A DNA stretch of 248,000 bases from assembly GCF_000400465.1 (NCBI RefSeq), contig NW_008806282.1, positions 20,001 to 268,000 of the forward strand, written 5' to 3'. Origin of the DNA: Wallemia ichthyophaga EXF-994 (taxonomy: Eukaryota > Fungi > Basidiomycota). Under the pieces are notes generated by a model. The model had not been told where the DNA came from and searched no databases. It was given only the letters and a program-made list of their open reading frames with translations. Numbering within the stretch: position 1 is the stretch's first letter; each line of letters begins with the position of its first letter. The position numbers and the translations under genes are program-made. Shown one piece after another: positions 165,701 through 180,136 of this stretch.

Positions 165701-167357
165701 AGGAGATTTATGAAATCTTTCGCTGACGAAATTGCTATGGTTCTTCCATTACCCGTCAACACTCACAACAACGGCTCAGTCAATGCGCTCGCTCGATCGG
165801 ATTTGATGGCGGATAATGATAATCAGCAGCCACAGACTCAGCATGACAGTGAGGCCAAGGAGCAGGACGAGGATGAGGAGGAGCACGCGAAGGAGCAGCC
165901 GAATGACCAAGACAAAGACACACAAGTACAGCCAATGACCAACGGTGTTGTTGATGGAGATGTGCTAGAGTATGACAAGGTATCTGATGAAGCGGGTGCC
166001 GACGAGGTTAAGAAAGATACTGATCATGTTCAAACCGGAGATCAGCAAATGGAGCAGACAGAAGAACCTGTTGAAGGAAGTCCCGAAAAAGAAGATGAAG
166101 AGAATGATGACGCCATAGATGAAGAGATGGCTGACTTTATCCAACCGCCACAAGCTGCTAACAAAGAGATTTCCAAAGACAGCGAAGATGACGAGCCGAT
166201 CATTGAGGATAAGAACGATGACGACTTTGAGCCAGATGAAGAGGAGGAAGAAGCCCCACAAGAACCCGATCTTCAACCAGTCCCACCAAAGCCTGAGGCA
166301 AATCTACAGGAAAACATGGAAAAATCATTAGATGAAGAATTAATGGAATTATCGACAATTCAGCCTGGAGAGGATCACAGGACGCGTCTGATGATTTACG
166401 ATATTGATCTTGAAAAGATTCATTTCAATGTATACAAAGACAACTATGTGAATCCAGCGCAATTCGTCGATGATGTCGCTAAGATTGTCCATAATGCTGA
166501 ACTTGATCCTAGTGATCAGGACAGGTTGTGGAAAGCACAGCAACTCCTCACGCATGCAAGAGTATTGGTTGATCAGGCTTTCGATGGCCCATTTAGAATA
166601 GAGTGTCAGCGTATGGCCGACAGAGAAACTAAGAGGATTGCAGAATACAAAGAGAAGAGGAAGAGAGAAAAGGAGGCATCTAAGAATGTGTCGGAAGAAA
166701 ATGAGGCGGGTGCAGCTGACGGGGAACAACAAGAGCAACCAGAACAGCAACCAGAACAGCAACCAGAACAGCAAACACGATCAGAGGAGCAAGACCAGTA
166801 TCAGCCGCAGCAAGACGGAATTGCAGCTGCAGCTCCTGAACAAAATGACCAGGCTGAACAATCCGAACAATCCGAAAATGGCACATCTCTCAAACGTCCC
166901 CGTGAAGGTGAAGGTGATGGTGATGGTGAGAACGGAGGAGATGGACCTGAGACTAAGAAGGCCAAAGGAGATGTAGAGATGACTGAGAGTGTGGGTGTGT
167001 TGATAACAGAGCTAATTTAAGCTAAAAGGAATATTACAGAGTCAACCAATTGATACTAGTCAAAAAGAAGAAGAGCTTCAAGAAGCTCCAAAGGAAGCCT
167101 CACAAGCTCCAAAGTCTCCAACGCCCGAATCGGAACCTGAACCTGAACCTGAATTCTTAGTCGACGAGAGTCAATTGACTCAGTTACTCAATGAGGCTGT
167201 GGCGTTGGTGAAAGATTTCAACGCTGACGAGCTCGAGCAGACGAGAGCTAACATTTCTAGCGTGATATGGCAACATCGCGAAGAATGGAACCGACAAAGC
167301 ACGATTGAAGCTGTGAGATCTGCTTTGCACAGCTGCAAATATGATGTAGACATGTAA
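162750..167357 (+). CDS. YTA7: AAA+ bromodomain histone chaperone Yta7/ATAD2
   Basis: GVLFHGPPGTGKT, FFDEIDG, second degenerate AAA, bromo-like region. Confidence 0.9.
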
Positions 167358-167418
167358 TATAAGATGAAAAGAAAAGAGTTGATGCATTGATTTAATTTAA
167401 GTTGCTAAAGCACATGGA

Positions 167419-167930
167419 CTATCCTGGTATATTTCTTCTTGGCGGTAACGGAGGTGCACTGCGGCGCAAGTGATGAGTGTGATGAGTTCGAGGAGGCAGT
167501 GGAGGGGCGTAGGCGGGAGTTCGCACTGCTGGCTCATAAGCAGGAGTACGAATTGGTGGACTATAAAGTGGTGGGGGATTTGCTTCGTTTCGCTTCCTCA
167601 CCAGGTCTCTGAGTAGATCCTCACCAGCCTGTCTTCTCAATTTGTCCCTATTCAGTCGCTCTTCTAGTGACAAACAGTCGCGAGCATCCTTCTCCCAGCT
167701 TTCGCGCAGCGCTATATTGAACGCCAGCTCGGGATCAGCGCTAGGAGGGTGATCTGCGCCTTCATTAGATTCAGGCTGTTGGATTTGCCGCCTATTTCTA
167801 GCTGTAGATTATCGTGAGGTTTATAAAATACTACCAGCAATTATACTCACGTTTACGCTGCTTTTGTGCTACCAACATTTGCCGATTAGGATCTGGCATC
167901 CTGATCGTCATTTCACAAACTTGATAAGCC
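167419..167930 (-). CDS. Small hypothetical Pro-rich protein (5' end uncertain)
   Basis: Open frame EGADHPPS..SLEERLNR..PPPLPPR. Confidence 0.3.
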
Positions 167931-167987
167931 GGATTAATGCAATATTTCTATAGTAGTACACGTCTATTTGATCACATTAGATCACTT

Positions 167988-168968
167988 TTAGAAGTAAGGC
168001 GTCTCGTAGACCTTGTCGCGCATCTTCCAGTCTCCGTTGCGCATCCACAATGGCTTTTCGAACATGACGTAGTCTAAAACGTTGTGCTCTGGGTGGTTTG
168101 GGCCGAGTGACTGTGTGGCTTGTTAGAATTGATTCCTATCAGTGCTCAACTCATACCTGTACTGTATTGAACTTGACGACCACCTGACAAATACGCTTCT
168201 CGGCGGACTCTGGCAGCATTGGCATGACATTTGTAGTTCTCACAGAGAGCACGCTTGGTGGCTCTATCACTCTGACCACCTTCCAATCATATTTTGTGTC
168301 ACGATCCAATTTCACTGTCTTGGCTTGTGAGTCTGAAGCTTCCTTGAGCGCGTGTGTGGATAGTTTGTTGATTGATTTAAAGTCGCCGCTGTTTGAGTGT
168401 TAAGTGGGGGTTGAATTACCAGCACTTTGCACACCCGCTTACCTCGCTATTGCCTTCTGGAGCGCTGTATACTTTTCATAAGCCACAGTGCTGGCCCAGT
168501 GCGTAGATGCTTTGCGCCTTTCCATCCACTTCAGCCCAGGCACGCCTTCCTTCTCAGTCTTCCATTCACCTTTCTCGAACAGCTTCATGCGGCTGTGGGA
168601 GTTTCTTTAGCTTATTCTGTATGCACCAAAGCAACCCACTGATGATAATCCTGCAGGCTTGTGTACAGATTCCATTGAAGCCACTTAAAGAACTCCATCG
168701 GTTTGAATCCCCTTGAAATGAGAGCAGAGGGGCTTAAATCGCTCGCTTTCAAACCCAAAAAAGACCTCGATGGCTTAACGTATGGGCTCAGTTTACCGAA
168801 ATTCATCTCTTCTAATCCAACTCGAACCTCTGCTTCTCCAGTCGCACCTTTGGCGACGGCAGCTCTTTCAGCAGCAGCCTTGATTTTCCTCAGAGCTTCT
168901 GCATCAGGTTCGTTGACGAATGTCTTCCTGGAGCTGCTCGCGAATTGTCTTGCTAGTGTTGGTCTCAT
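167988..168968 (-). CDS. Mitochondrial Tim44-like domain protein (Mba1/mL45-like)
   Basis: Presequence; YTALQKA..GDFKSI, QVVVKFNTVQ. Confidence 0.55.
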
Positions 168969-169027
168969 TGGCGGTGTGATGGTGATACAAGCGAGCAAGA
169001 CAAAATGTTTGATTTCGATTACAAAAT

Positions 169028-170480
169028 TTACAAAGGCTCAGGACCGTCAATTACAGCCTTGATGAGACTCTTCCCGTCTTTGCCTTTACCCGCCTTTGTT
169101 GAGTCGAAAGCGCTGAGTGCATCGTTGTACGCGAACGAGTGCGTGTGCAGCTCCTTGAGATTGATCTTGCCTTGACTGACGAGATCGATGGCGAGATCAT
169201 AAGCGCCTGGTCCATATCTGAACGATGTCCTGTACTGGATTTCCTTGGACATCATAGCTCCAACTGGTATTTGAATATCTGGTCTACCCATGCCCACTTG
169301 TACGAATTTGCCTGCAGGTTTCAAGAAATGCAGTCCCATTGTAATACATGGTTGCGCTCCACTAGCCTCCAACACCAAGTCTATTCCATTGCCTCCCCTC
169401 GCTTCAACACCAAGCGATTTATGAAGATTTGCAACCACCCTTGACATGTACTCGTCCTGCGACTCTGTTTCACTCTTTGCAGGTGGCTGAAAAGAGTCAG
169501 TTTGCGCGTATTGCTTCGCGAATGCTAATCTCTCCTGGTTGATATCTACTGCAATAATACGTCTTGCGCCGAGGCTGTAAGTGGATCAAGTGAGCGGGGT
169601 GTATGTTGCCAAGCACATCAGCACTCACGCTTTGGCCGTAGCAATCAACAGCAATCCAACAGGACCGCAACCAAACACGATAACATTCTAAAAACACGAT
169701 GTAAGTGAGTCGTGAGGTGAGCATTTAGCTGAGCACTTACGTCATTTACTTTAATTTCACCGATTTTGGCAGCAGCGTGTACTGCAACGCTAAGTGGCTC
169801 CATCTGGGTTAAAAATTGCATGAGACATTGACTTTCAATGGTATTCAAGACTTCAACTCACCATAGCACCCTCTTCAAGAGATAGTGTGTCAGAAATAGG
169901 GTGGACGAAATCAGCTGGGAGCTTGAAGTAGCGGCAGAGAGTACCTCCTTCGAAGGGTGGTGTAGCGGCGAATGTCATGAATTCACATAATTCATAACGA
170001 CCGCTCTTACAATCGACACAAACACCGCAGCCGAAGCCAGGCTCCATAGCCACGCGCTGACCCGGCTTCACCTTGACTTTGTCATCTGTGCCGACCTTGA
170101 CGACGATCTGCAGGAAAGGGGAAAGGACAAGTCAGACGATATGATCACTTGAATAACATGCTCCCGCACCCCTGATGATTCATGGCCCAAGCACATGCCA
170201 TTTGGACACAAACTGACTGCAAATGAGCCTATAGCGCCGTGTTGCCAGTAGTGAACGTCCGAGCCGCACACACCCGTTTTCTTAACCTAAAAGGTACACT
170301 TAGCAAATGGAAGGACAGTCATCACTATAAAGTACTTACCTCCACCAACACATCTTGCGGACCAACCTCAGGAATTGGTCTTTCTTCATACGTGACGGAT
170401 AGCCCATCACTCTTCTTGCGGAGAATGAAGCTTGGATTTTGCATTTTGTTCGCAATGGACGAATTCTCGACTATGGACAT
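169028..170480 (-). CDS. Zn-dependent sorbitol/xylitol dehydrogenase
   Basis: [38 protein letters not shown]. Confidence 0.9.
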
Positions 170481-170906
170481 TGTTTTGTTTAGCTAGAGGA
170501 GTGGTCTCCGACAACCCCGCGTTTAAATCTGCGATTTCATACTTAGATTTATGACGTAGCATACGCCGGAGCTATTCCATTTGAACGTGTCGCATGGAAT
170601 CAGGATAATTAGCTCCTATTAAGTTATTAATACAGTCTGTGGCTGCTCTAAGCTTGTTATTGACATAACACCGGAATATCCGAACGAAGAGCAGCAATTT
170701 CGCACCAAGGCGGGTCTTTGCGTTTACAATTAGCATTTATAGAGTCAGAAATCACATCGCATTCAATTTAATGTGCAATTCATGACTTTATCGAACATAA
170801 TTCCCCAAATTTTACCTTGCATTACTAACTAGCATGACAAATCTATGAAATGACAAAAAAAGAAGACAACATTTTACTAAACGTGAATTCATGACAATTA
170901 TTGTAA

Positions 170907-172882
170907 TCAAGTTATGACATCCATAGCCTTATCGAGTGCGAACTTGCATACGGCAAGGAGCTCGTTAACGTCTTCCAAACCAATTGAGCATCTAATGAGA
171001 TTCCTATCGACACCATACGACTCGATCCAATCGAGCTCCGTGTAGTGAGCGAGGATGGCATAGCAGCTTGCAAGGGTAAAGTTGCAGCCTAAAGAAGGAC
171101 CAGCCGCGAGGTTAAGATTGTCAAAGAACACACGTGCAATTTCTCCATTCCTTTCTTGTGTATTTTTCGAACTACCAAAGGTCAGACTAAATAAACCACC
171201 ATAACCACCGCCTTCTCTCTTCCTAGCGGTGTAATTGTCTTTAGTAGAGTATTTAGGATAGAATACCTCCTTGATAACGCCATTTCCGCGGCCATTGGTT
171301 TCTGACATCATGTAAAAGTAGTCACAGATAGCTTCTGTCGTCTCGTTTACCTTCTTGATACGACTGCAAAAGTCTCGTGAGTTGCGTTCCATGAATATCG
171401 CATCTTCAAACCAGTAGCTGTCTTCGTAAGTATCGACTACATAATCGCGAATATCCTCGTAGTGCCTGCCTTCGGGATTCAATATTATGCTTCCGCCCAT
171501 GACGTTCGTTTCGCCCGAGAATGCCTTTGTGAGTGATGAGACAACGACGTCAGCCATAGGGAGGATATCGATGTTCATGAAACTACCAATGGTCTCATCA
171601 ACAACTATAAGGAAGTTGTACTTGTCGGCCAATTCGCGAAGACGGGCCAAGTTAGGTGATTTGAGGAGGGGGTTACCTGGGAATTCGCAGAACACAGCAA
171701 GAAGCTGCTCCTTGCTTGCAATATCTTCCAGCATGGCTAAATCAGCATCATCACCTCTACCTAGGAAGTGAGCGCCTGGACCCCACTTCTGCAACACCTT
171801 GAGCGTATCGGTGTAGGGGAAACTGTCAGACTATTAGAATATGCTGAAGGGGTAGCAAACCAACTCACCCAAAGCAAACGCTCTTTCCAACGCCTTCGCC
171901 TCTCCATTTCATAGCAGCCTGGTGGGTCAACCAGATAGCAGCCATGCCGGTCGGGGTCAACCAGACATCATCCTCAGTGAGACCAACACCACGTTCACTT
172001 TCAATCGTTGGTCCAACAGCCGCGTCGACATGTGGGTCAATAACAACCCCCGCAATGCGTCTCTTCAATGCTCGTTTTGCGAGTGGAGCTGATGCCAATG
172101 GCAGGTTTCTTCCGTATCTCTCCTCGACATAGACAGCATGATCCTTATCGAATATGTCCTCATTGTTATCCTCATTCGCCTGCTTAATGGCAGAGCTAGA
172201 TAATATTCCACTAGCTACATCAGTACCGCCTGGAGTTGGAGGTTGGCTAGTCTGTAAAAATTTTGATTTGCTATTGTAAAAACGATTGCGACTACCGCTT
172301 CTACTGAACAGAGGAGGATTATGAAGAGGAGTGCTAGCGACAGAAGACTTTGGGCTGAGTTTCTCAGACATGTCCAGACAGTCTAAAGCGCGTTCAGCAA
172401 GTCTAGAGCTAACGCCTAAACCCGTATGTTGCCAGAACTGTTTGGCAATGCCCCAATGATCCTTATCGAATATAACAGCGTGTATCTCTATGCAAGGGAT
172501 CGCAGGGTTTGGGGATGGGTCGCAGACTGTGAGTTGGGCGAGACGGGCGTTTGTAGCAGTTGGTATAATGAAATCACGGCATTTTTCTGCGATTCTGTGT
172601 GTGGGGAATAGCATGCAGTTCTCCTTATCGAGATTGCCGAACTTTTTGAGAATCACAGCCGATAGCGCTTGTATTTTGCGATGTATAAAGAATCTAAGGG
172701 GCGGTAAGGTTAGCAGTGGGAACCTCAAGCAGCCACGAAACTAACCTCGGATACCCCGTCACCATGGCGTCAACAACTCGTGGTGCTCCTTCTTCGTAAT
172801 CCGTGTGGTCTTTCCATGTGGGAAGACTAACGCTGATTGCGTGCTCTACCGGTGGAAGTGCACTGCCTAAAGCTGCACTCAT
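170907..172882 (-). CDS. STR2: Cystathionine gamma-synthase
   Basis: HAISVSLPTW, TGYPRFF, EFPGNPLL, SLTKAFSG, GPSLGCNFTL. Confidence 0.88.
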
Positions 172883-173253
172883 GGTTGTATGTGATGAAGC
172901 CAGGCGGATGAGTCACAATCGGTGGAGGCGTTTGAGAAGAGTACGTGGAGTTGCGTGTATCCAGTTGTGTACATTAACAGTGGCGCAATTGCGTGTATCC
173001 AGTTGTATAGATAGGAAACTCAATTTGCTTATCAGTGCCACAGCATGTGATCACAAGCAGCGCTTCTTTAGGCGATCGGCTGTTGAACAGAGAAGACACG
173101 AAATTGACGCAAAAGTGAGCGAAAATGAGCACAAATGAGCACAAATGAGCAATAACCACTATAAAACACAATTAACACCTCAAACCATCAACATAGGCAA
173201 GCCGTTCAACTTATGCATATTTTCTGGTACGATTACTTTACTACAGCCAAAAA

Positions 173254-173734
173254 TTACTTGCCCTTGTTTGGACCAGCTCCCTTGGTAGCACCTGGGCCAG
173301 CGGCGACTGGAGCGTGAGCCTTGGTAGCGTTGGCTCTGGCAGCCTTAGACTCCTTAGCTTGCTTGATGGCCTCTTGACGAGCAGCAGTACGGACTTCTGG
173401 CTTCTGGGTTCTCTTGGCTTGGATAGCTTCGAGGTCGAGACCGACGATACCACGGGAAGTCTTTGCGGACTTCTTGCCCTTCTTCTTGTGAACTTCCTCG
173501 GTAACACCCTTCTTGTGGAGCTTACGGCAGAAAGCGGTCCAGGCGATCTTTCTTGGGTTCTTACGTTGGAGGAAGAGTGACTCGCACTTTCCGTTGGCGA
173601 ATCTGAAGACCTGTGGAGGGTTAGGGGCGGCCAAACACCACAAGACCACTCACTCTGTTGTCGAGTCTGACGTAAAGACGACCCTTGGCTGGGTAAATCT
173701 TTTGGCCTGAGAATGAGCAAAGTTCGACCTTCAT
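173254..173734 (-). CDS. RPL24: 60S ribosomal protein eL24
   Basis: [28 protein letters not shown]. Confidence 0.95.
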
Positions 173735-174330
173735 GCTGCTGCCTGTGGGGTTGGGTGTTAGTGGCAGTGTCGTTGGATGGCTGAAGAATGTGCCTATGAG
173801 GGACTTTGGAGCGAAAGAGGAGCAAATCATCTGAAAAGCATTTAAGTGGGATTATACGCTCCAGAAATGCATATTCCCTCTGGCGTACACTTCCTCGCTG
173901 TCCACCTTGGCAACTCAAGAAATCTTCAAATTTGGGCGACAAGACCTGCAAAATTCCAGATAACCCGTCGACAGCTCCAGCAAGCACACCTCATCCCACA
174001 AGGCAACATCCCAGCTATTTTACAACCTCACCTTATTGGTTTCCGCAAAGGCACAAGTGAAATTCTCAGCGCCATCATCTCGCGAATTAAAAATTGATAA
174101 ATGTCGTTGGATCGAGGAAATTAAATGTGCGTTGTGGTTCTGTGGCTTTTGTTGATGCTGCCTGTATAAGCATCTCTGTACGTGTGTGGATTGTGTAGTG
174201 TGGTGATATAGCGATATGTGCAGCGATGGGCGTGGTGCGTGGGCGTGGTTAGTAGGGAGACAGCGGGAGCTTTAAATATCAACCGCATCTCGTCTCTCTT
174301 CATTTTCCAATTGTTTATCTCTTCGCAACG

Positions 174331-174963
174331 ATGATCACCACGGATAGATTGTCAGTAATTGCAACGTCTACGCTATCGAAGCTGCTCGAGCGGGAGAAGA
174401 TACGCGAGCTGGGACTCAAATACGGCGACGACGAGCTAGAGGCCAATATCGACACTCTAAGCCAAGGCTACGACGTCCTGGCAGACGATGAGTCCGACGC
174501 CGCGCTCAAGTTCAAACACCAATACCTAAATCTGCTAGATATCCTTGGCAGGGAGAAGCCGTCGCCGAAGCCATCTTCGGCAAAGGATTTGCCATCGACT
174601 CATCTCCCTAAAACGCAGAGTGCCCAGCAGACACCAGCTACGCGAACAACAAACGAACAGCAGCAAGAACAGCTGTTCAACTACGACGATCTCATGGACC
174701 AGCAGGATACCCATCTCGACAACCTCTCGCACTCTCTCAGCAACCAACACCAATTGAGCAGCACTATGACAAATGAACTCGGTCAGCATAACGAGCTGCT
174801 CCAGGATCTGGAAATAGGTTTGGATGATACGCAGCTTCGATTAGGTAAGAGCAGTACCCTCCTCAACAGGCTCAACACCAAATTCAAGTCAAATACATCG
174901 ACATATTGCATTACAATCATTATCCTCGTACTTATTCTGTTGATTTTAATATTCAAAGTGTAG
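174331..174963 (+). CDS. Syn8-like t-SNARE
   Basis: QQDTHLDNLSHSL..NELLQDL SNARE motif and C-terminal TM. Confidence 0.75.
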   Translation: MITTDRLSVIATSTLSKLLEREKIRELGLKYGDDELEANIDTLSQGYDVLADDESDAALKFKHQYLNLLDILGREKPSPKPSSAKDLPSTHLPKTQSAQQTPATRTTNEQQQEQLFNYDDLMDQQDTHLDNLSHSLSNQHQLSSTMTNELGQHNELLQDLEIGLDDTQLRLGKSSTLLNRLNTKFKSNTSTYCITIIILVLILLILIFKV

Positions 174964-176208
174964 CCATATCCATCTCACATGCCATTGCAAGATCTTGGAG
175001 TGTTGGTTTGGCCGGAGTCGGATCGGCGTGGCCGGGGAGGTTGTCGTGGGTGTACTGGGTGTACTGGGTGTCTGGGATTGAAGCCGCAGTCGACATCGGG
175101 GTATCGTGAGAGTCGTTGGTGTTAGTAGAAGCACTGGAAGCAACACTATCGAGTGTGATAGAGGACATTCTCCTTGCGGCGGAATTGCTGTTAAATGAAG
175201 GTGTGCTTTTAGACACACGCATACTCTTTCCGCCTTTCCCCTTCTTGCGCAAAACCTGCGTGGATCTTGCGCGTGGTAGTGTTCTCCCAGCGTACGTTTC
175301 GTCTGGGTAATGTCCGGGTGAGCGGCCTCTGACGACAATAGGCATGCTCTTGGCTTCGCCTATCCGTACTTCTGCGCTATTGTCGAGTTGAGCGTGGAGA
175401 GACACATTGAGGCGAAACATCTCCGACTTTCTGTGGGTGCTCCGTTCGAATTGGATGCGCTCAAACTTGGCTACTTGTGCCTCGCTGTCGTCGCTGTCGT
175501 TGCTTATCAACGCCTGTAGCGGCAAGCGCGATGGAAACCGTTTCGGTCCTTTCTCTCTCGCTGTGGAGAACTGGATCAAGTGAACGGGATCCTCGACAAC
175601 CGCACAGTCGTCGCACATGCTCGCGCTGATACCAACAGAGAACGAGTCTATTGGGTGGTATTGACCATTTATCATGACCAATGGATTGCCAATCTCCTCA
175701 TCGTTCATTTGAATTCGGTTGTTTGGCTGGAGAACAACGCTTGTGCTGATCTGGAAAAAGTTGCGCCGGTATGTCGTGGCTACAGTCTTGTTGGAGTTAT
175801 TTGCCCATATAAATCCCTTATCTACGCGACAGTTGATGACTGGATTGAGGCTGCAGAGGTAGTCAGCGGGGAACTTATCAAAGACACCAGCACCGCCCAC
175901 CCAACAATGTTGTCTTGAAAAGGCATAAAGAGATCATTATACTTGATGCTATTACTGAAAAAGCCAACGTTGTCGTCATCGCGGCTGTTGACACGAAAAG
176001 AGGTGGTGTCTTGGTTATTGTAGTCAGCCAGAGTGAAGCGCTCAAAATCGAGCTGAGCGGTGGGGGAGTAATTTACAGGGTCAAAAGTGGATGATGACGG
176101 AGTATCTGGTGAGTTCCACAAGGCAAAAGACGGCGTAGGTGAGTGGAAGTCGTTGAAATCAAAGCCTTTCCACAATGCACGCTCATCAAATTGGCTGAAA
176201 GGGTTCAC
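174953..176208 (-). CDS. NDT80/PhoG-family transcription factor (5' end unresolved)
   Basis: CRVDKGF, TYRRNFFQ, VAKFERIQFERST, IVVRGRSPGHY. Confidence 0.8.
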
Positions 176209-176482
176209 AAGTGGCGGAGGTTCATTAAGCGTAGATCTTTGAGGTGGCGTCTGAGGCGTTTGGGATGGGCTGGAGAGTGCTCAGAGTGCTGCTAATATGC
176301 TGTGCACCTCACTCACAAGCTCATAAAACTAAGAAAAAGGATTTTTAACACAACGACGGTGGTTAAATGCTAAATATATTCAATTTGTACAATTTTATTT
176401 ATCAGCCGCCCTGGATTGATTTCGTGAAATGTTTGTCACTTGGTCGGGCTGAGACGCGTCTCAAAGCCTTGCAGATACGTCG

Positions 176483-178294
176483 ATGAGCTCGAGCAGCGTA
176501 AATTCACGAGAAATAATTCTGAAAATATTCTCAAAGAAGCACTCACTCTCACTGACACCACAATCACTTGGATTTCTTCAGAATTTATCAGAAACTTATT
176601 CACTCAATTCAACGAATCTAGCAAGCATCGCTGATTCTCTAGCGCTGGCATATCTCAAGCAAGACGACTGCAGCTCCATTGTAGACGCAGATGTACTCAA
176701 GAAGGTATATCTCAATCTTCAGCTCAACTACGCAGGTGGAATATCCACGCTCGATAACGAAGACTACGTCAATGAGGATGAAATTGATCCAAGGAATTAC
176801 TTAAAGATCGTAGACGCTTTCGATATTCCCAGGTACTCGTACGCTGTTGATAACAAATCCTTCGTAAAGCACAACACACACAGCATCGCTGCCCACCCAT
176901 CCAGTCTCTCTCAATTATGGCTCGATAGGTACAACACTATCAAGCAAATCATTCTCCGCAACGAGTTCTTCTCCCCTCCTTCCACCGTCGCCGCCAACAA
177001 CCACGATAGAGACAATTACATGAAAATTACTTCCACCAAGAACCTTCTCGGTAGACACAATCACCGCTTTATGCTCTTTGGTATGCTTTCACAGACTACT
177101 GATGGCAGACACGCCCTCCAAGATCCAGATGGTGTCGTTGTGCTGGATTTGAGTGATGCTGTGAGTTGTTTTAGTGCTCTCTACCTTCTCCTAACTCACT
177201 TGAATAGGTTCCTGGTGAAGGCTTGTTCACTGAAGGCTCTTTTGTTCTCGTAGATGGAGTTTATGAGCTGCTCACAGATGAACCCATCTTCAAAACATAT
177301 GGTATAGGCCATCCTCCATCTGAAAAACGTTCGTCGTCACAAGATGTGCATGGTCATATTGATTTCCTAGGTCTTGGCGGTATTTCACTTAAAGACCAAG
177401 TGGGTTGACGCGCGTTACAATGAGAATCCGCTAACACCACCCAAGAAACTTTACAACAGAATAGAAAAAAGCTTAGATCACATAGGCTTTATAGTGTTAT
177501 CCGACGTATGGCTCAATGAGCTCTCTACACAGACATCACTCAGGCGTTTATTTGAAGGCTACAACAGCGCTTTTAACGACTTCAGACCACTAATGTTCAT
177601 TTTTTGCGGCAATTTCTCCTCACAGCCCATCACCTCTTCTCGTGACATCCGCGAATATCACGACTCGTTCAATAAGCTAGCCGACATAATATGCGAATAC
177701 CCATTGTTAGCACAGCACTCAACATTCGTCTTTGTTCCCGGTCCCAACGATCCATGGAGCTCAGGCACAACGACTACACTCCCTCGCAAGCGCATACCCA
177801 CAACATTCACGCGCACATTCGAAGCTAAAGTGAGTAGGACGTATTTCACCAGCAATCCAACTCGTATACGCTACTTCAGCCAGGAAATAGTGGTATGTCG
177901 CGACGATGCCATGTCGCGGATATTGCGCAACAATGTCAAAGTGAAGGAGGAGAATGGAGAGGATGGGGAGGATATGGATGTCAAGCTGAAAAAGTTTCTC
178001 GTACAGACCGTGATTGATCAGGCACATCTAAGTCCATTCACCATCAATACTCGTCCAGTGCTATGGGAATACGATCATACATTGCGATTGTATCCTATAC
178101 CCACCTCACTCATCCTCGCTGATAAGTATGACAGATATGAGTTGAAGTATGAGGGTTGTAGAGTGTTTAATCCTGGCTCTTTCTCATTCGGTATGCTTGG
178201 AAGCGATACTAGCAACAGCAAACCCAGGTTGTGGAGTGTGTATAGACCATGGAACCAAGAAGTTGAATACTCTGAGTTGCCCGGGGAGGAGTAA
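176483..178294 (+). CDS. DPB2: DNA polymerase epsilon subunit B
   Basis: REIILKIFSKKHSL, LSDVWL, FVPGPNDPW, YPIPTSLILAD. Confidence 0.92.
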
Positions 178295-178501
178295 TTGAAG
178301 TTAGTGGTGATGCATTCACTGCACATCCATCGCGATTAGCCAGACTATTTATTCATGTATACCCCTATAAACATTACTGCACTTATGCATTCATCACGCC
178401 TGACTATTTTCACTACCCTCTTCTAACGCAACCCTCGTTTTGGTGCATAAATCGCTTATCGCATCCGTAACGTCATCAACTGCGACCGACAAAACGAGAA
178501 A

Positions 178502-179353
178502 ATGGAGAAATTGCCAGTAGAGCTACTTTGCACGCTTTTAGAGTACTCAGGAGCCCTAGGGCTTACCTGTCGCCACCTAAATCGTCTCAGCAAGGACCTT
178601 AGCATAGTGCATATCGCGGGTCCGAATCCTCCGAATCTCGCACACTTCAACATGGATGGCAAGGGGATGTATGAAATAATGGATAATGAGAAATTTGAGC
178701 GAGATCTGGCAGTTATTTCTGCTGACAGCCTACAAGCATCGAGTGTGAGGTGAGTATTGGATTGTGTGAAAAAGCGTGCGGGTCTTTGACGAGCGATGTG
178801 CAGGCAAATAAGATACAGAGATACAGATAGCGTCAATGAGCGTGTACTAGAGCACCTCAAAAACCTACCTAACCTTACCACGGTGATTATACAATGCACT
178901 AGTGTGCTATCGATGAGTGTGCTGCGCAGGATGCGGAGGCTGCACACTCTGAATGTGAATTCGATAGTATCCGCTAAAGATATCCCCATAAACGACATTC
179001 TCAATCAGTGCCCTGCGCTCAACACACTCACCGTCGATATGATGTTTTACAAGCATTACAGCGAGAACAACCTCAACCAATTGGATGGAGTGATGGTGGG
179101 AAATCATCCAGTGCAGACTGTCGTGCTTAGACATAAGCTGTGCGGCAAGTGCTACTGCGCGCACAATCACAATCCATTCGATCTCGTGGCGGTTTACTTG
179201 CCTACTTGCACTACGAAATCTCTTAGCAACAAGCCACTAGTCTCCTTAGTCAGAGTACACAGCCGGAGCACTCTCGTCGATGTGCTAGCCCGTGCTTATG
179301 GCTGGGAAAGGGAGGAGTGTGCAGTAGAGGAGGAGTTGGCCAAGGCACTGTAG
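178502..179353 (+). CDS. F-box-like hypothetical protein
   Basis: MEKLPVELLCTLLEY..LGLTCRHLN. Confidence 0.45.
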
Positions 179354-180136
179354 TGGATTTTCGTCCATTATCTCATCCGCTTCTTCCTATCTCGCTCATA
179401 TCCCCCTCGCGCCCTTTTTTCATCGTTGATTTCGTTAAATTTTGGCAACAAACAAAGCAAATTTCATCGTGTATTAAATTGATTCATTCATTCAGTTTTT
179501 GCTGTTTGTGCGTACCCTTGACGCATCCGCTAGCACAAATGATATTGTGTGCATATGTTCGATTTTCAGAGTAGTTTTTCACCTCTGTTTCTGGAGGTGG
179601 TCTGGAGAACCTGAGCCTCGATATAGATACTTCGCATAATACAATACATGCATTATTACAGTTACTGGTAAATTATGTCTTAATTTAGTCTTAGTTCTCA
179701 ACTAATTCGTCGCCGGGTCACCCAATTATTCCATGGCTTGGACGAAGCTTAAATGTGTGTCTTGACACGGCTTTGAATTTTAAGCAGGTCTAATCTAGCT
179801 CCTTTCCTGAACATAAATTTATGCATTCGTCCTCAGCTGGATTTGATCTGCTTATACCGAGTCGATCTTCTCTCACTTAATCTCAATTCCCCTAAATTCT
179901 TCAATTCTAGCAAAAATCTCATGTATGGAACACATTTTGCGACGCTTGTTTGGATTTTTACACCAAAAAGTATTGCGATGTGGCTTTTCAGATACCGCGA
180001 AGATGGCGTCAGAGGGGGATAATTGTAAATACAGCTATAATACGGATGTAAGAAGGGGGCGCAGCAGTAATAAAAGCAGTTGCTAAAGTACTCATCCTAG
180101 CAACCGATCGAAAGTCCACACTTAAACTCGCACAAG

